DNA of 64,000 nt from Macrostomum lignano (GCA_002269645.1 NIVC01002158.1:124001-188000), one strand, 5' to 3'; shown: positions 14,001-29,000, counted from the first letter of the stretch. Program-made: numbers and translations. Notes: generated by a model from the sequence alone, not told the origin.

Positions 14001-17000
14001 ATTATAGAAGCACCCCTGCTAGAGTAGTTTCACAGTCGCAGACAATACACATGTTCCAAATTGACAACTAGGTAACTGTTACAGGCGATTTGTAACCTGA
14101 CATCTCGTTTTATTGGGTAGACTAGAGTCATTTTCTATACTTAGCCTGTGATACTTGCAACGACTCCAGGGCGACACCTTCTTGGTCTAGGTACCGTTTT
14201 TTTAATTAGAGCTGTTCACCGATATTACAGAGATTTGGAGACGCGCCTTAAAGTGACAGTCGACCTCGACCAAAAAATTCTTCGAATTTGTCTATCTCTG
14301 TGCAATTCTAATAACTTTAGGCTAATTTCTGTGAAATACTAACTATTTTCACTACCCCCAACCTCTAGGTTATCGTTCGCGTGCTTCGCCCGCGCGGCCC
14401 ATCGAAACTCGAAGCGGCCGCCGCTGCCGCTGGTGCCGGAGCCGAAGATGCCGGAGGCGACGCGAGCCCCGTGCAAGACGGCGCCATTCCCGAGACGGCC
14501 GATTCCAACGCATTCGAAGAGGTCAATCTAGCCTACGAGATTGTGAAAGAGGTCGACTGCTTGGACGTGTCCAAGGAGGGCACGACGCTGTGGGACGCGG
14601 CGATCAGGCGATACGAGGAGCGCATCGATCGGGTTGAGGCTCGAATCACCACCCGACTGCGCGATCTGCTCGGCACGGCCAAGAATGCCAACGAGATGTT
14701 CCGCATCTTCAGCCGATTCAACGCCCTGCTGGTGCGGCCGCACATTCGCGGCGCTATTCGCGAGTACCAGACCCAGCTGATTCAGCGCGTGAAAGACGAT
14801 ATTGAGAAATTGCACACCAAATTCAAGGAGCAGTACTCGGACACCACCGCCTGTAAGATGAGCAGGGTTAGAGACATCCCGCCTGTTGCCGGCTCCATCA
14901 TCTGGGCTAGGCAGATTGAGCGCCAGTTGAATGCCTACTTGAAACGGGTTGAAGATGTGCTTGGCAAAGGCTGGGAGCATCATCTTGAAGGCCAGCAGTT
15001 GAAGAATGAAGGCGACAGTTTCAAAGCTAAGCTGAACACCACTGAGCTATTTGAGCAGTGGTCGCAGAACATCAACCAAAAGCAGCTGTCCATGACTGGC
15101 AAGATCTTCAGCGTTGAAAGCGTCAAGAAGCAGGCCGGTGGCGGCGGCACTCTGTATCGTCTGAGGGTGAACTTCCAGCCAGAGGTAATCACGCTGTCTA
15201 AGGAGGCCAGGAACATGCGCTGGCTCGGATTCCGAGTGCCGCTTGGCATTGTGAACAAGGCGCATCAGGCTAACCAGCTCTATCCTTATGCCGTCTCCCT
15301 GTGCGAGTCCGTCAAGTCCTACCAGAGCACCTGCGCTCGAATCGACTCCGAGCACGGCCAGGACGTCAATCTGCTGTGCGCCGGTCTCAGGCGTGAAGTC
15401 CAGTTGATCATCATGGAAGGCGCCACATTGGTGTGGGAGTCCTACCGACTCGATCCATTCGTTCACAAACTGGCCGATTCCGTTAACAATTACCAGGAGA
15501 AAACTGACGATCTGTTGGCCATTACTCGCCAGATTGATGCTGAGATGGTTTCCCTAGACACTTGTGGCTTCTCCAAGCAGAACTTTACTGAAGTGATCAA
15601 TAAGATTCAGAAGCAGATCGACGCTCTGAGTCTGCACGAATATGCCAATTTGTCGCTGTGGGTATCCAAGCTGGACAAAGCTGTTGAGACCAAGTTAGCC
15701 GTTCGGCTGGAGTCCGCGCTAAAGGCCTGGATTAGGATTCTGAAGGGCAACGTGAATCCAGAAGATGACGAAGTGGACGCTACAGTTGGCAAGCCTCAGA
15801 TTAAGAAAATTGTGCACGAATTGCGCATCACTAATCAGCAGATGCACCTGCACCCGAGTCTGGAAGCTGCTCAGCAGGAGCTCATGCATCAGCTGACACT
15901 GTGGCAAGAGAACGTGTCCAGCTTGCCTCGCCTGAGCCACCAGCGCTACCAGGTCGGCCCAGCCCAGGTTGTACAGCAGGAACGCGATCGGACCTACGCC
16001 TCGGTGTTCAGCCGCCTGTCCAATGCCGGCGAAGTGCTTGAGACTGCTCACGCTGAGATACAGAAAATTGTCCAAGAGGCCGAGGTGTACGTCACTACGT
16101 GGACTCGTTACCAGGCTCTCTGGGATCTGCAGCCGGATCAGGTGTATCCTAAACTGGGCAACAATCCTGGCGTTTGGATGAACGTGCTCGACGAGATCAA
16201 AGCCATGCGCAAGACTTTCGACGTTGCGGAGACGCAGAAAGAATTCGGACCGTTAGTGATCCTATTCGGCAAGGTGCAGGGCAAGGTGTCCATGAAATAC
16301 GACACCTGGCACAAGGATGTGCTGGGTAAGTTCGGTAACCTGATGGCTACTCAGATGAACACGCTGTTTAGCGACATCTCCAAGGCGCGCAACAATCTGG
16401 AGCAGCAGCCTGGCGCCTCGCCCGGCGCCAGCACCCAGGACGCTGTGGCGCTGATCACCTATTCGCAGAGTCTCAAGCGCAAAATGAAAACCTGGGAGAA
16501 GACGGTAGAGCAGTGCCAGGCTGGGCAAGCTCTGCTATTCCGCGATCGATTCCAGTTCCCGTCTGGCTGGCTTGACAGCGACCAGGTCACTGGCGAGTGG
16601 TCCGCGCTCACCGACATTCTCAACCGCAAGACTCAGGCCATATCTGGCCAGGTGGCTTCTCTTCAGGTCAAGATTGTAGCCGAGGACCGGCTTATTGAAG
16701 CTAAGACTTCGGACCTGCTTGCTGAATGGGAAAAGCAGAAGCCTGTGGAAGGCGACTGCAAGCCGGATGAAGCGTTGCAGACTCTCGCTATTCTGGAAGG
16801 CAAGCTAGGCCGACTGCAGGAGGAACGCCGCAACGTCCAGACAGCCAAGGAGGCGCTCGAACTGTCCGAGGGAGGCCCGCCGCCAAGCGAAGAGCGCGTG
16901 AAAGTGGCCACAGAGGAGCTGGCCGATCTCAAGGCCGTGTGGACCTCGCTGGGCAGTGTGCACGATGATTTGAGCGGCCTGCGCGACTCGCCATGGCAGA

Positions 17001-20000
17001 CTGTGCAGCCAAGGAAGCTGCGCCAGGACTTGGACGCTCTGGGCGCCCGGCTGAAGGAGCTGCCGGCCAGATTCCGCCAATACGCCGCCTACACTCACTT
17101 GAAAGGTCGCCTTAGCAGTCTAACCAAGGCTAACATGCTGGTTACCGAGCTCAAATCTGAGGCTTTGAAGGAGCGTCATTGGAAAACTCTGCAGAAGCAG
17201 CTTGGCGTCTCTTGGAACATGAATGACCTGTCACTCGGCCAGCTGTGGGATCTTGACCTGCAGAGGAATGAGACTGTCATTCGCGATGTACTAGCCGTTG
17301 CTCAGGGCGAGAAGGCCCTCGAAGAATTCCTGCGCCAGGTAACCGAACTTTGGAAAGGCTACGAGCTCGAGCTGGTCAGCTTCCAGAACAAGTGCCGCCT
17401 CATCCGCGGCTGGGACGATCTGTTCAGCAAGGTCAAGGAGCACATGGCCAGTCTGAACGCTATGAAACTGTCGCCATACTTTAAACAGTTCGAAGAGGAA
17501 GCCCTAGCCTGGGAGGACCGATTGAACCGCATCAACGCTCTGTTCGACTGCTGGATCGATGTGCAGCGCCGCTGGGTGTACCTGGAGGGCATCTTCTCCG
17601 GCTCTGCCGATATCAAAACTCTGCTACCAGTTGAGTCGCAGCGCTTCGCCAGCGTCAGCTCAGAATTCTTAGGCCTAATGAAGAAGGTTGCCAAGTCGCC
17701 ATTGATTATGGATGTGCTCAACATACCGAATGCTCAGAAGCAGCTGGAGAGACTGGCCGATCTGCTGGCTAAAATCCAGAAATCCCTTGGCGAATACCTT
17801 GAGCGCCAGCGAGCCTCATTTGCCAGATTTTACTTCGTTGGCGACGAAGACCTGCTGGAGATTATCGGCAACAGCAAGAATGTCCACCGGCTGCAGAAGC
17901 ACTTCAAGAAGATGTTTGCCGGAGTGCACACGCTCAAGCTTGACGAGGAAGCCACCACAGTGTTTGGCTTGTGCTCCAAAGAGGGCGAAGAGGTGCCGTT
18001 TGTAACGCCGGTCTCAATCAAGGATAATCCACGGATTAACGATTGGCTAACAATGGTTGAGAAGGAGATGCGCGTAACCCTAGCTAAGCTGCTGGCTAAA
18101 GCCACTCTCGGACTCAAAGATGTAACCGCTAGTTCAGAGAATCGCGATGAAAAGTTCATGGAGTGGGCGGACACTTATCAGGCTCAGCTGGTGATCCTGG
18201 CTGCTCAGGTCATTTGGTCCGAGAGTGTCGAGGCTGCTCTTGCATCCATTGACAAGGCTGGCGGCAAAGGGGACCCAGATATGGCGCCGCTTGAGGATGT
18301 GCTCAAGTCTGTTGAAGGCACTCTCAATCTGCTAGCCGACTCCGTGCTCAAGGAGCAACCGCCTGTGCGTAGAAAGAAACTGGAACAGCTTATTATTGAG
18401 TACGTTCACCAGAGAGACGTCACCCGTCAGCTCATTACCGACAAGATTGGCTCCAACAAGTCGTTCGAATGGCTGGCCCAGATGCGATTCTACTTCGATC
18501 CTAAGCAGACTGATCCGCTCAAGCAGCTGATTATTCGCATTGCCAATGCCAGCTTCAACTACGGCTTCGAGTATCTGGGCGTGGCCGAGCGCCTGGTGCA
18601 GACGCCGCTCACCGATCGTTGCTACCTCACCATGACGCAGGCGCTCGAAGGCCGTCTCGGCGGCTCGCCATTCGGTCCTGCCGGCACAGGAAAGACGGAA
18701 TCGGTCAAGGCGCTGGGCAATCAGCTGGGCCGTTTCGTGTTGGTCTTCAACTGCGATGAAACCTTCGACTTCCAGGCTATGGGCCGCATCTTTGTCGGCC
18801 TGTGCCAGGTGGGCGCCTGGGGCTGCTTCGACGAGTTCAACCGGCTGGAGGAGCGCATGCTGTCGGCCGTGTCCCAGCAGATCCAGGGCATCCAGATGGC
18901 GCTGCGCGAATACCTTACAGGTGATAGCAGTGTGAAGCCTAAAGCTGAGCTCCTTGGCCGCGAAGTTCTGGTGCACCAGGACATGGCCGTGTTCATCACC
19001 ATGAATCCCGGCTACGCTGGCCGGTCGAATCTGCCGGACAATCTGAAGAAGCTGTTCCGCTCCCTGGCCATGACTCAGCCTGATAGGCAGCTCATTGCTC
19101 AGGTCATGCTGTACTCACAAGGCTTCCGCACCGCAGAGAAGCTGGCCGCCAAGGTGGTGCCATTTTTCAAACTGTGCGCCGAGCAGCTCTCCGCCCAGAG
19201 TCACTACGACTTCGGTCTGCGCGCATTAAAGAGCGTGCTCACTAGCGCTGGCAATGTGAAGCGCGACCGAATCCAGCAGATCAAAGCCTCCGCAGGCGAC
19301 GATTATAACGAAGCGGATGTGGCCTCGCGACTGCCCGAACAGGAGATTCTTATCCAATCGCTGATGGAGACAATGGTGCCCAAGCTGGTTGCCGAGGACA
19401 TTCCCCTGCTGTTCTCCTTGCTATCTGACGTGTTCCCTGGCATCGAGTACGTGCCAGCCGAGATGTCCGCTCTGCGTGCCGAAATTCGCAAGGTGTGCGA
19501 AGAGATGCACCTGGTCTACGGCGAGTCCGGGGACGAAGGCGAACGCTGGGTAGAGAAAGTGCTGCAGGTGTACCAGATCACCAATATCCAGCACGGCCTG
19601 ATGCTGGTTGGCCCCAGCGGCTCCGGCAAGACCATGGCCTGGCGAGTGCTGCTCAAAGCGCTCGAACGTCTGGAAGGCATCGAAGGCGTTGCTCACGTCA
19701 TCGATCCGAAATCCATCAGCAAGGACAACCTGTACGGCTTCATGGACCCCAACACGCGCGAATGGTTCGACGGTATCTTCACCCACACTCTCCGCAAGAT
19801 TGTTGACAGCCTTCGCGGCGAGGCCGGCAAGCGTCAGTGGATCATCTTCGACGGCGATGTGGATCCCGAATGGGTGGAGAATCTCAACTCGGTGCTGGAC
19901 GACAACAAGCTGCTCACCCTGCCCAATGGTGAGCGTCTGGGCATTCCACCGAATGTTCGAATCATGTTCGAAGTACAGGACCTGAAGTACGCCACCCTGG

Positions 20001-23000
20001 CCACCGTGTCCCGCTGTGGCATGGTCTGGTTCTCCGACGAAGTGCTCACCACCACCATGGTGATGCACAACTACCTGAGCTCGCTGCGCAATGTCCCGGT
20101 TGACGAGTCCGACGAAGGCTCCGTGCTGGACGTGCAGCGAAAGCTGGCGGCCGTCTGGGAGGCGCAGCTGCAGTCGGACGGCATCGTGATCCGCTGCCTT
20201 GACGAGGCCGCCAAGCTGGACCACATCATGGACTTCAGCCGGATGCGCGCCCTGGCCTCTCTGTTCTCCATGCTCAACCAGAGCGCCAGGAATGTCATCG
20301 CTTACAATGCCTCGCATCCGGACTTCCCCATGTCTGACGAGCAGATCGAGCTGTACGCCAGCAAGACTATCGTTGTGTCAGTGCTGTGGGCCATGTCCGG
20401 CGATGGCAAGCTGAAAATCCGCGAACAGCTTGGCGAATTCATTCGCGGAGTGAGCACCATCCCGCTGCCGCCCGGCAACTCGCCAATTATCGACTATGAG
20501 GTCACCATCCAGGGCGAATGGGCGCCTTGGGGTAACAAGGTGCCGCAGATGGAGGTTGAATCGCACAAGATCACGGCTACTGATGTGGTCATACCGACTC
20601 TGGACACTGTTAGACACGAGTGCCTGCTGAGCGGCTGGCTGGCCGAGCACCGGCCTGTGTTGCTGTGCGGCCCGCCCGGCTCCGGCAAGACCATGACCCT
20701 GTTCGCCGCTCTGCGCTCTCTGCCCGACATGGAAGTTGTCGGTCTGAACTTCTCCAGCGCTACCACGCCAGAGCTGCTGTTGAAATCGTTCGATCAGTAC
20801 TGCGAGTACAAGAAGACGCCCAACGGTTTGGTGCTGGCTCCGCAGCAGCTCAACAAATGGCTCGTGTTCTTCTGCGACGAGATCAACCTGCCTGACGAGG
20901 ACTCATACGGTACTCAACGCGTCATTTCTTTCATCCGCCAGATGGTTGAGCACGGCGGCTTTCATCGGTGCACTCCCGGCGATCTGCAGTGGGTGACGCT
21001 CGAACGGGTGCAGTTTGTCGGCGCCTGCAACCCGCCAACCGACCCGGGCCGCAAGCCGCTGTCAGCTCGGTTCATGCGCCACGTGCCGCTAGTCTACGTT
21101 GACTATCCCGGACGCACTTCGCTGACTCAGATCTACGGCTCATTCAACCGGGCCATGCTGCGCCAGCTGCCTCCGCTGCGCCCCTACGCCGATCCCATCA
21201 CCAACGCCATGGTTGACTTCTTCCTGATGTCGCAGGAGCAATTCACAGTGGACCAGCAGCCGCACTATGTGTACAGTCCGCGCGAGATGACTCGCTGGGT
21301 GCGCGGAATTCACGAGGCCCTGACTCAGGTGGACTCGCTACCAATTGAAGGCCTGGTTAGAATCTGGGCGCACGAGGCATTGCGACTGTTCCAAGATCGT
21401 CTGGTGGAAGATGGCGAAAGGAAATGGACCGATGACACTATTGACCAGGTGGGCTTGCGTGCTGGAGTATGATTGAGTCTGTGAAACATTGCGTTTAGGT
21501 GATGGCAGTCTAGTTACTTTAGAGTATGTTGTCACATTATCTTGGTCGCTTTTGATTCGTGATTGTTATGTGATAGTTGCTTTAGATAGTCACATGATAG
21601 AATCACTTTAGATGGTCACGTGATAGGGTCACTTTTGGATAGTCACGTGACAGTTACTTTAAATGGTCACGAGATAGGCACTTTAGATAGTCACGTGATA
21701 GCCACTTTAGATGGTCACGTGATATGCTTTAAATGGTCACGTGATAGGGTCACTTTTGGATAGTCACATGACAGTTACTTTAAATGGTCACGAGATAGGC
21801 ACTTTAGATAGTCACGTGATAGCCACTTTAGATGGTCACGTGATAGCCACTTTAGATGGTCACGTGATAGGCTTTAAATGGTCACGTGATAGGGTCACTT
21901 TTGGATAGTCACGTGACAGTTACTTTAAATGGTCACGAGATAGGCACTTTAGATAGTCACGTGATAGCCACTTTAGATGGTCACGTGATAGCCACTTTAG
22001 ATGGTCACGTGATAGGCTTTAAATGGTCACGTGATAGGGTCACTTTTGGATAGTCACGTGACAGTTACTTTAAATGGTCACGAGATAGGCACTTTAGATA
22101 GTCACTTGATAGGCAGTTTAGATGGTCACGTGATAGGCACTCTAGATGGTCACGTGATATGCACTGTAAGTTGCCCTTAATGATCGCATCAATGGCCAGA
22201 ATTTCGAATGTAAATGTCTTTTCAAACCCCCCCCCCCCCAGGTGGCCGACAAGCACTTCCCGGGCATCAACAAGCAAGAGGCCCTCCGCCGTCCAATCCT
22301 ATTCAGCAATTGGCTCACCAAAGAGTACGGACCCGTTGAACGGGAGCCTCTGCGCGACTATGTCCGCGCCAGACTGAAGGTCTTCTACGAGGAGGAGCTC
22401 GACGTGCCGCTGGTGCTGTTCAACCAGGTGCTTGAGCACGTGCTGCGCATTGACCGGGTATTCCGCCAGCCGCAGGGTCACCTGCTGCTGATTGGAGTTA
22501 GCGGTGCTGGCAAGACCACCCTGTCCCGCTTTGTCAGCTGGATTAACGGGCTGTCCGTGTTCCAGGTGAGAGGTCTGCTCACTGCTGTGGGGGAATTTCT
22601 CTAGTGTTGATAAATAGGGGAATTACTATGTAGTGCTGATGGATCGGGGAATTACTATATAGTGCTGATGGATCGGGGAATTACTATATAGTGCTGATGG
22701 ATCAGGGAATTACTATATTGTGCTGATGGATCAGGGAATTACTATATAGTGCTGATGGATCAGGGAATTACTATATAGTGCTGATGGATCAGGGAATTAC
22801 TATATTGTGCTGATGGATCAGGGAATTACTATATAGTGCTGATGGATCAGGGAATTACTATATAGTGCTGATGGATCAGGGAATTACTATATAGTGCTGA
22901 TGGATGGGGGAATTACTATATTGCTTATACTAAGGGGATTCCCTATGGGCTATGGTGCTAATTAACGAGAGGAATTACTATAGTGATGATAATCCTATAA

Positions 23001-26000
23001 AATACTTCACCTGTCAATCCCCAGGTGAAAGTGCACAACAAATACACCGGCGAAGATTTCGACGAAGATCTGCGCTCAGTGCTGCGCCGTACCGGCTGCA
23101 AAGGCGAGAAAGTCACCTTCATCATGGACGAGTCCAATGTGAAGGACAGCAGCTTCTTGGAGCGGATGAACACCTTGCTGGCTAATGGCGAGGTGCCCGG
23201 TCTGTTCGAAGGTGACGAGTTCCAGACGCTCATGACTCAGTGCAAAGAGGGCGCCGCCCGCGACGGCCTGATGCTGGACTCGCACGAGGAGCTGTACCGC
23301 TGGTTCACTCAGCAGATTTGCCGCAATCTGCACGTTGTGTTCACTATGAATCCCAGCTCTGACGGCCTGAAGGACAGGGCGTCCACGTCTCCTGCTCTGT
23401 TCAATCGGTGTGTGCTCAACTGGTTTGGCGACTGGTCGCTTGAGGCCTACTTCCAGGTGATTGATTTTGTCTTGTTCATCACTTCTGTACCAGAATACCT
23501 AGTGATCTAGTGATCCTAGATTATCGTTTGAGTGATCAGATCCCTGTCAGTGACAAGATCCCCATTTCAGTGATCAGATCCCTGTCAGTGACAAGATCCC
23601 CATTTCAGTGATCAGATCCCTGTCAGTGACAAGATCCCCATTTCAGTGATCAGATCCCTGTCAGTGACAAGATCCCCATTTCAGTGATCAGATCCCTGTC
23701 AGTGACAAGATCCCCATTTCAGTGACCAGATCCCTATTTCAGTGTGACCAGATCCCCATTTCAGTGTGACCAGATCCCCATTTCAGTGTGACCAGATCCC
23801 CATTTCAGTGTGACCAGATCCCCATTTCAGTGTGACCAGATCCCCATTTCAGTGTGACCAGATCCCCATTTCAGTGTGACCAGATCCCCATTTCAGTGTG
23901 ACCAGATCCCCATTTCAGTGTGACCAGATCCCCATTTCAGTGTGACCAGATCCCCATTTCAGTGTGACCAGATCCCTAGTTCTAGGGACCATCCCGCTCT
24001 AGTGACCCTTTATTCATAAATCACGCAATGCGTTTCGCTGACCCTCGCACAGGTTGGCAAGGAGTTCACCGAGAGGGTGGACCTGGACAAAGCGGACTAC
24101 TCTGTGCCGGACTACCCGCCGATGGCCCTGGAAGGCCTCCCATCGCGGCCCAACCACCGAGAGATGGTCAACAACGCCTTCGTGTTCGTGCACCAGACCC
24201 TGCACCAGGCCAACCAGCGGGTCGCCAAGCGCGGCGGCAGAGTGGCAGCCATCACGCCGCGGCACTTTTTGGACTTCATTCATCACTACGTGAAGCTGAC
24301 CAATGAGAAGCGGGCCGACCTTGAAGAGCAGCAGCTGCATCTGAACAAGGGTCTGACTAAAATACGCGAGACAGTGGAACAGGTGGAGGTGATGCAGTCG
24401 TCTCTCAGTCAGAAGCGCAGCGAACTGGAGCGAATGAACGAGCAGGCCAATCAGAAGCTGAAACAGATGGTGCAGGATCAACAGGTGGCCGAGGAGAGCA
24501 AGAAGAAGGGCGAGATGCTGCAGAAGAGTCTGGCCGAGAAAGAGATCTTCATCGCTGAGAAGACCAAGGAGGTCACGGCCGAGCTTAGTCAGGTGGAGCC
24601 AGCCGTGTCAGAGGCCAAGCAGGGTGAGTTGCTTTGTTTTAGTTTTTGCTTGCTCAAATATTCGACTGTTTCATATCAGTTATGATTATGAGATCTCTAG
24701 TTCGGAATGTGGGATGTGTGGTTCGGGATGTGGGATGTGCTGTTCGGGACTTGGGATGTGCGGTTTAGGATTGAGGATGTGTTGTTTGGAATTTGGAATA
24801 TGGGGTTTGGGATGTGGGATGTGCAGTTTGGGATGTGGGATGTGCGGTTTTGGATTGAGGATGTGTTGTTTGGAATTTGGAATATGGGGTTTGGGATGTG
24901 GGATGTGCGGTTTTGGATTTGGGATGAGCGGTTTGGGATGTGGGATGTGCAGTTTGGGATTTGGGATGAGCGGTTTGGGATTTGGGATGAGTGGTTTGGG
25001 GTTTGGGATGTGGGATGTGCGGTTTTGGATTTGGGATGAGCGATTTGGGATTTAGAGTGTGCGGTTTTGGATTTGGGATGTGCGCTTTGGGGTTTGGGAT
25101 GTGGGATGTGCAGTTTGGGATTTGGGATATGCGGTTTGGGATGTGGGATGTGCGGTTTGGGATTTAGTATGTGCAGTTTGGGGATGTGGGATGTAATTAG
25201 AATCTGTAGTGTACAACTAGAAACAGGTGTTGGATTTTACTCACCATACTACTTAAGTCTTGGTATTCTGGCTCACTTAATTTAATTTTATAATTATAAA
25301 ACTCGATGGCTGAATCGACCGCTGCCAAGCTCCATGCATACCACTGGCATTACCGCAACTTCCCCATCCGCTATGCACTACTTTCGCTGCTATCTAGCTG
25401 TGAACGCGGTGACCCGTCAGCAGCTGGTGGAAGTCCGCAGCCTGCCAAACCCGCCACCGCTAGTGAAGCTGGCCCTGGAGTCAGTGTGCACCATGCTAGG
25501 CGAGCCTACTCAAGACTGGAAGTCCATCCGAACCATTCTAATGCGAGACAATTTCATATCTCAGCTGCTCAATTATCAGACTGAAGATCTCAGGTGAGTC
25601 AGCGGCTCAATTCGTTGCTTTGCTAATCCGATTCGCCCCCTCCCCCTCCCCATACTTTCCTTAAATCCGCCGCTATCCAGCCGTTGAGGGCATCAAGCGG
25701 AAGGATATTCAGGAGATCAAAGCGATGAAGAACCCGCCGCCGGCGGTGAAAATGGCCGTGGAATCCATCTGCCTACTGTTGGGAGAGAAGTCCTCAGATT
25801 GGAAGCAGATTCAAGGTGTAATTGTTAAAGACACCTTTGTGCCAAGTATTGTTAATTATAAGACACTGGAGATGCCGTAAGTTCAATCAGAGAGCGAACT
25901 CCTCTATACAGTTAAACAGGTGGCCGAGTTTCCTTATCCTATTTATTATGGGTCAATAAGTGACGCACTTCGATTTTTTCGATTTCAAAAACCGCTTCAA

Positions 26001-29000
26001 AGATTCAAAATATTTATTAAAAACCTGAAAACTACTTAACTTGTTAAGTAGTATATTTGCGTTCAAGATACTGGTATTCTCGACAGTTATCTCGTAATTG
26101 TATTCAGCTGGATTTTTGCATCTCAAGCAGTACGAAGCTACTAAAAGTAGTATAAGTTGAGTAGGCTATAAATTATTTATAATTTCGTAAAGAAAAAATA
26201 TTTGCTAGCCGCCAAATTCGCAATATCAATCAGTAGTATTCCAATCAGTAGTACGATCGCATATAATCTTTCCTACACCTGGCATTGTCTTTATTATTAA
26301 GCTGGTTAGCTTAATTAATTACCTCCATCTTTATATTGGTGATCAAGGATCAACATGCTTTTGCTTTCACATTTTCTCAAGTTATCAAATACAAATCGCT
26401 TTAACAAAAAAACTCCAAAAATTAATTACAAAATGCAGCGACTCCATCCGCGAGACCATGAAGAAGAAGTACCTGTCCAATCCCGACTACAACTTCGAGA
26501 AAGTCAACCGGGCCAGCATAGCCTGCGGCCCCATGGTGAAGTGGGCCATCGCCCAGATCAGCTACGCCGAGATGCTGCAGAAGGTTGAGCCGCTCCGTGC
26601 CGAGCTCAAAGCCCTGGAGGTTGAGGCCGGATCCAACAGGCGGAATGCTGAGGAATGCCAAGCCGAGATCAGCCGCCTGGAGAAGAGCATCGCCAAGTAC
26701 AAGGAGGAATACGCGGCACTGATTAGCCAGGCTCAGGCTATCAAATCCGATCTGGCCTCGGTTGAAGCCAAGGTCAGCCGGTCCGTTGCTCTGCTGTCCT
26801 CGCTTAGCAACGAGAAGAAGCGCTGGGAGAGTGGCTCAGATGCTTTCAAAGCTCAGATGGAGACTATTGTTGGCGACTGCCTGCTCAGCTCCGCTTTCAT
26901 GGCCTATGCTGGCTACTTTGATCAGCACATGAGAACTACTCTGTTCACCACTTGGTCGCATCATCTGCAGCAGGCTAATATCAAGTACAGGAGCGACCTG
27001 GCTAGGGTTGAGGTGAGCACCTTGTTATTGATTCTCCTCAACAACTTACTTTCTTCCCAATTCCCAGATCTGCAGCTTCTCCCAGATCCCAGATCCCCAT
27101 AGACTGGGCAGCTACTCCCAGATCCCAGATCCCCATAGACTGGGCAGCTTCTCCCAGATCCCCATAGACTGGGCAGCTTCTCCCAGATCCCCATAGACTG
27201 GGCAGCTTCTTCCAGATCCCCATAGACTGGGCAGCTTCTCCCAGATCCCCATAGACTGGGCAGCTTCTCCCAGATCCCCATAGACTGGGCAGCTTCTCCC
27301 AGATCCCCATAGACTGGGCAGCTTCTCCCAGATCCCCATAGACTGGGCAGCTTCTCCCAGATCCCCATAGACTGGGCAGCTTCTTCCAGATCTCCATAGA
27401 CTGGGCAGCTTCTCCCAGATCCCCATAGACTGGGCAGCTTCTCCCAGATCCCCATAGACTGGGCAGCTTCTCCCAGATCCCAGATCCCCATAGACTGGGC
27501 AGCTTCTCCCAGATCCCCATAGACTGGGCAGCTTCTCCCAGATCCCCATAGACTGGGCAGCTTCTCCCAGATCCCCATAGACTGGGCAGCTTCTCCCAGA
27601 TCCCAGATCCCCATAGACTGGGCAGCTTCTCCCAGATCCCAGATCCCCATAGACTGGGCAGCTTCTCCCAGATCCCCATAGACGGGCAGCTTCTCCCAGA
27701 TCCCAGATCCCCATAGACTGGGCACCCCTAGTGCCTTTTACGTTGCAGTAATGTTGACATTCAACCCTTGTGAAATGTTGCCTGAAGCTCCCAAATGACG
27801 CGCCTGGCAATGTTGCACAACATTGACATGTCAGCATTGCAAAATCAAATTGAAATCAACGTTCTTGCAACCTTGAAGCATATCCCAATCCCAGACGGGT
27901 CCTTTTATATGCTAACCCCTAGTGCCATTTATGTTGCGGGAATGTTGTACAAATGTTGACGCGCAACAAGTGGTAAACGTTGCTAGAAGCGACCGTTTGT
28001 CGCGCAAAACAACGTTGCAGAATGGTTGACGCATCAACATTGCAAAATCAACATACATCAACATCTGTGCAACATGTAGTCGTCGTGTCTACTATTAGTA
28101 GTATCTAATGTATGTGTATTATTCTATATACTACATATATTTCGTATCACTTTCATTCTATAATATACGACGACTCTACTATTACACTTGCTTATGTCTT
28201 TCTTTCGCATGCCATGCATTAATTTTGGATTGTTGTTAAGGAACTTCTACCGGTAGTAACACTGACTACATAGTAAAAAATCTGTAGCTTGCACACAGGT
28301 TCAAAAATCGAGACTCCTACATCTTGAAATAATACGAAAATACGGCCATGACTTAGCATTTGCTAAAAAGAATAAGTAAAATAGCAAAAAACGTTTCGAT
28401 TTAAAGGTCTGCGAAGATTAGCTAATGAGCACCATTAATTTTTTTTGTTTTATCGTAAACACATCAGATCAGACGGTTACCATTATAGTAGGTCAAGAAA
28501 GCAATAAAAATATTTACTACATTAGATGCGCATGATGTGTATCTTTGTGTGTGACTGCAAGCTGCAACCTGCAGTGTTTCTTTTAATGAATAAAAAAGTT
28601 AGCAGGAAAATAAGAGATTCGCAAAACTATTATTAATGGCAACTGCTATTTGCATGCTGGCAAAACAGACATGTCGTTCAGAAAAGATGCAAAGATAACT
28701 AGAGATCTGATGGCGATGATTAAAAACAGCTATAGCCTCCAAAGAGATTCACCTAACCTAGAGCGAGTCTATACTGATCTTTGTTCTTAGAACTTAGAAC
28801 AACTAGTTTTATTAAGCCACCAATCCCGTGAAGTCTGAACTCCTATTTACTCAAAGTTGAGTAAGTGTACAACCGTCAACGTTGATGACTTCAAATCGTT
28901 GGCCGCCATTGTCATTATCTTCGCTGCTGTCGTGAGCGCCCTCGTCGTCAGAACTGCTGTCGCTCTCGCCACTTGCATCGCCGTCAGTGTTCATGTCTGC

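Noticed and set aside
14528-20895. Numerous antisense and off-frame ORFs over dynein exon 6
   Set aside because: Expected shadows of a GC3-rich coding strand; no independent signals.
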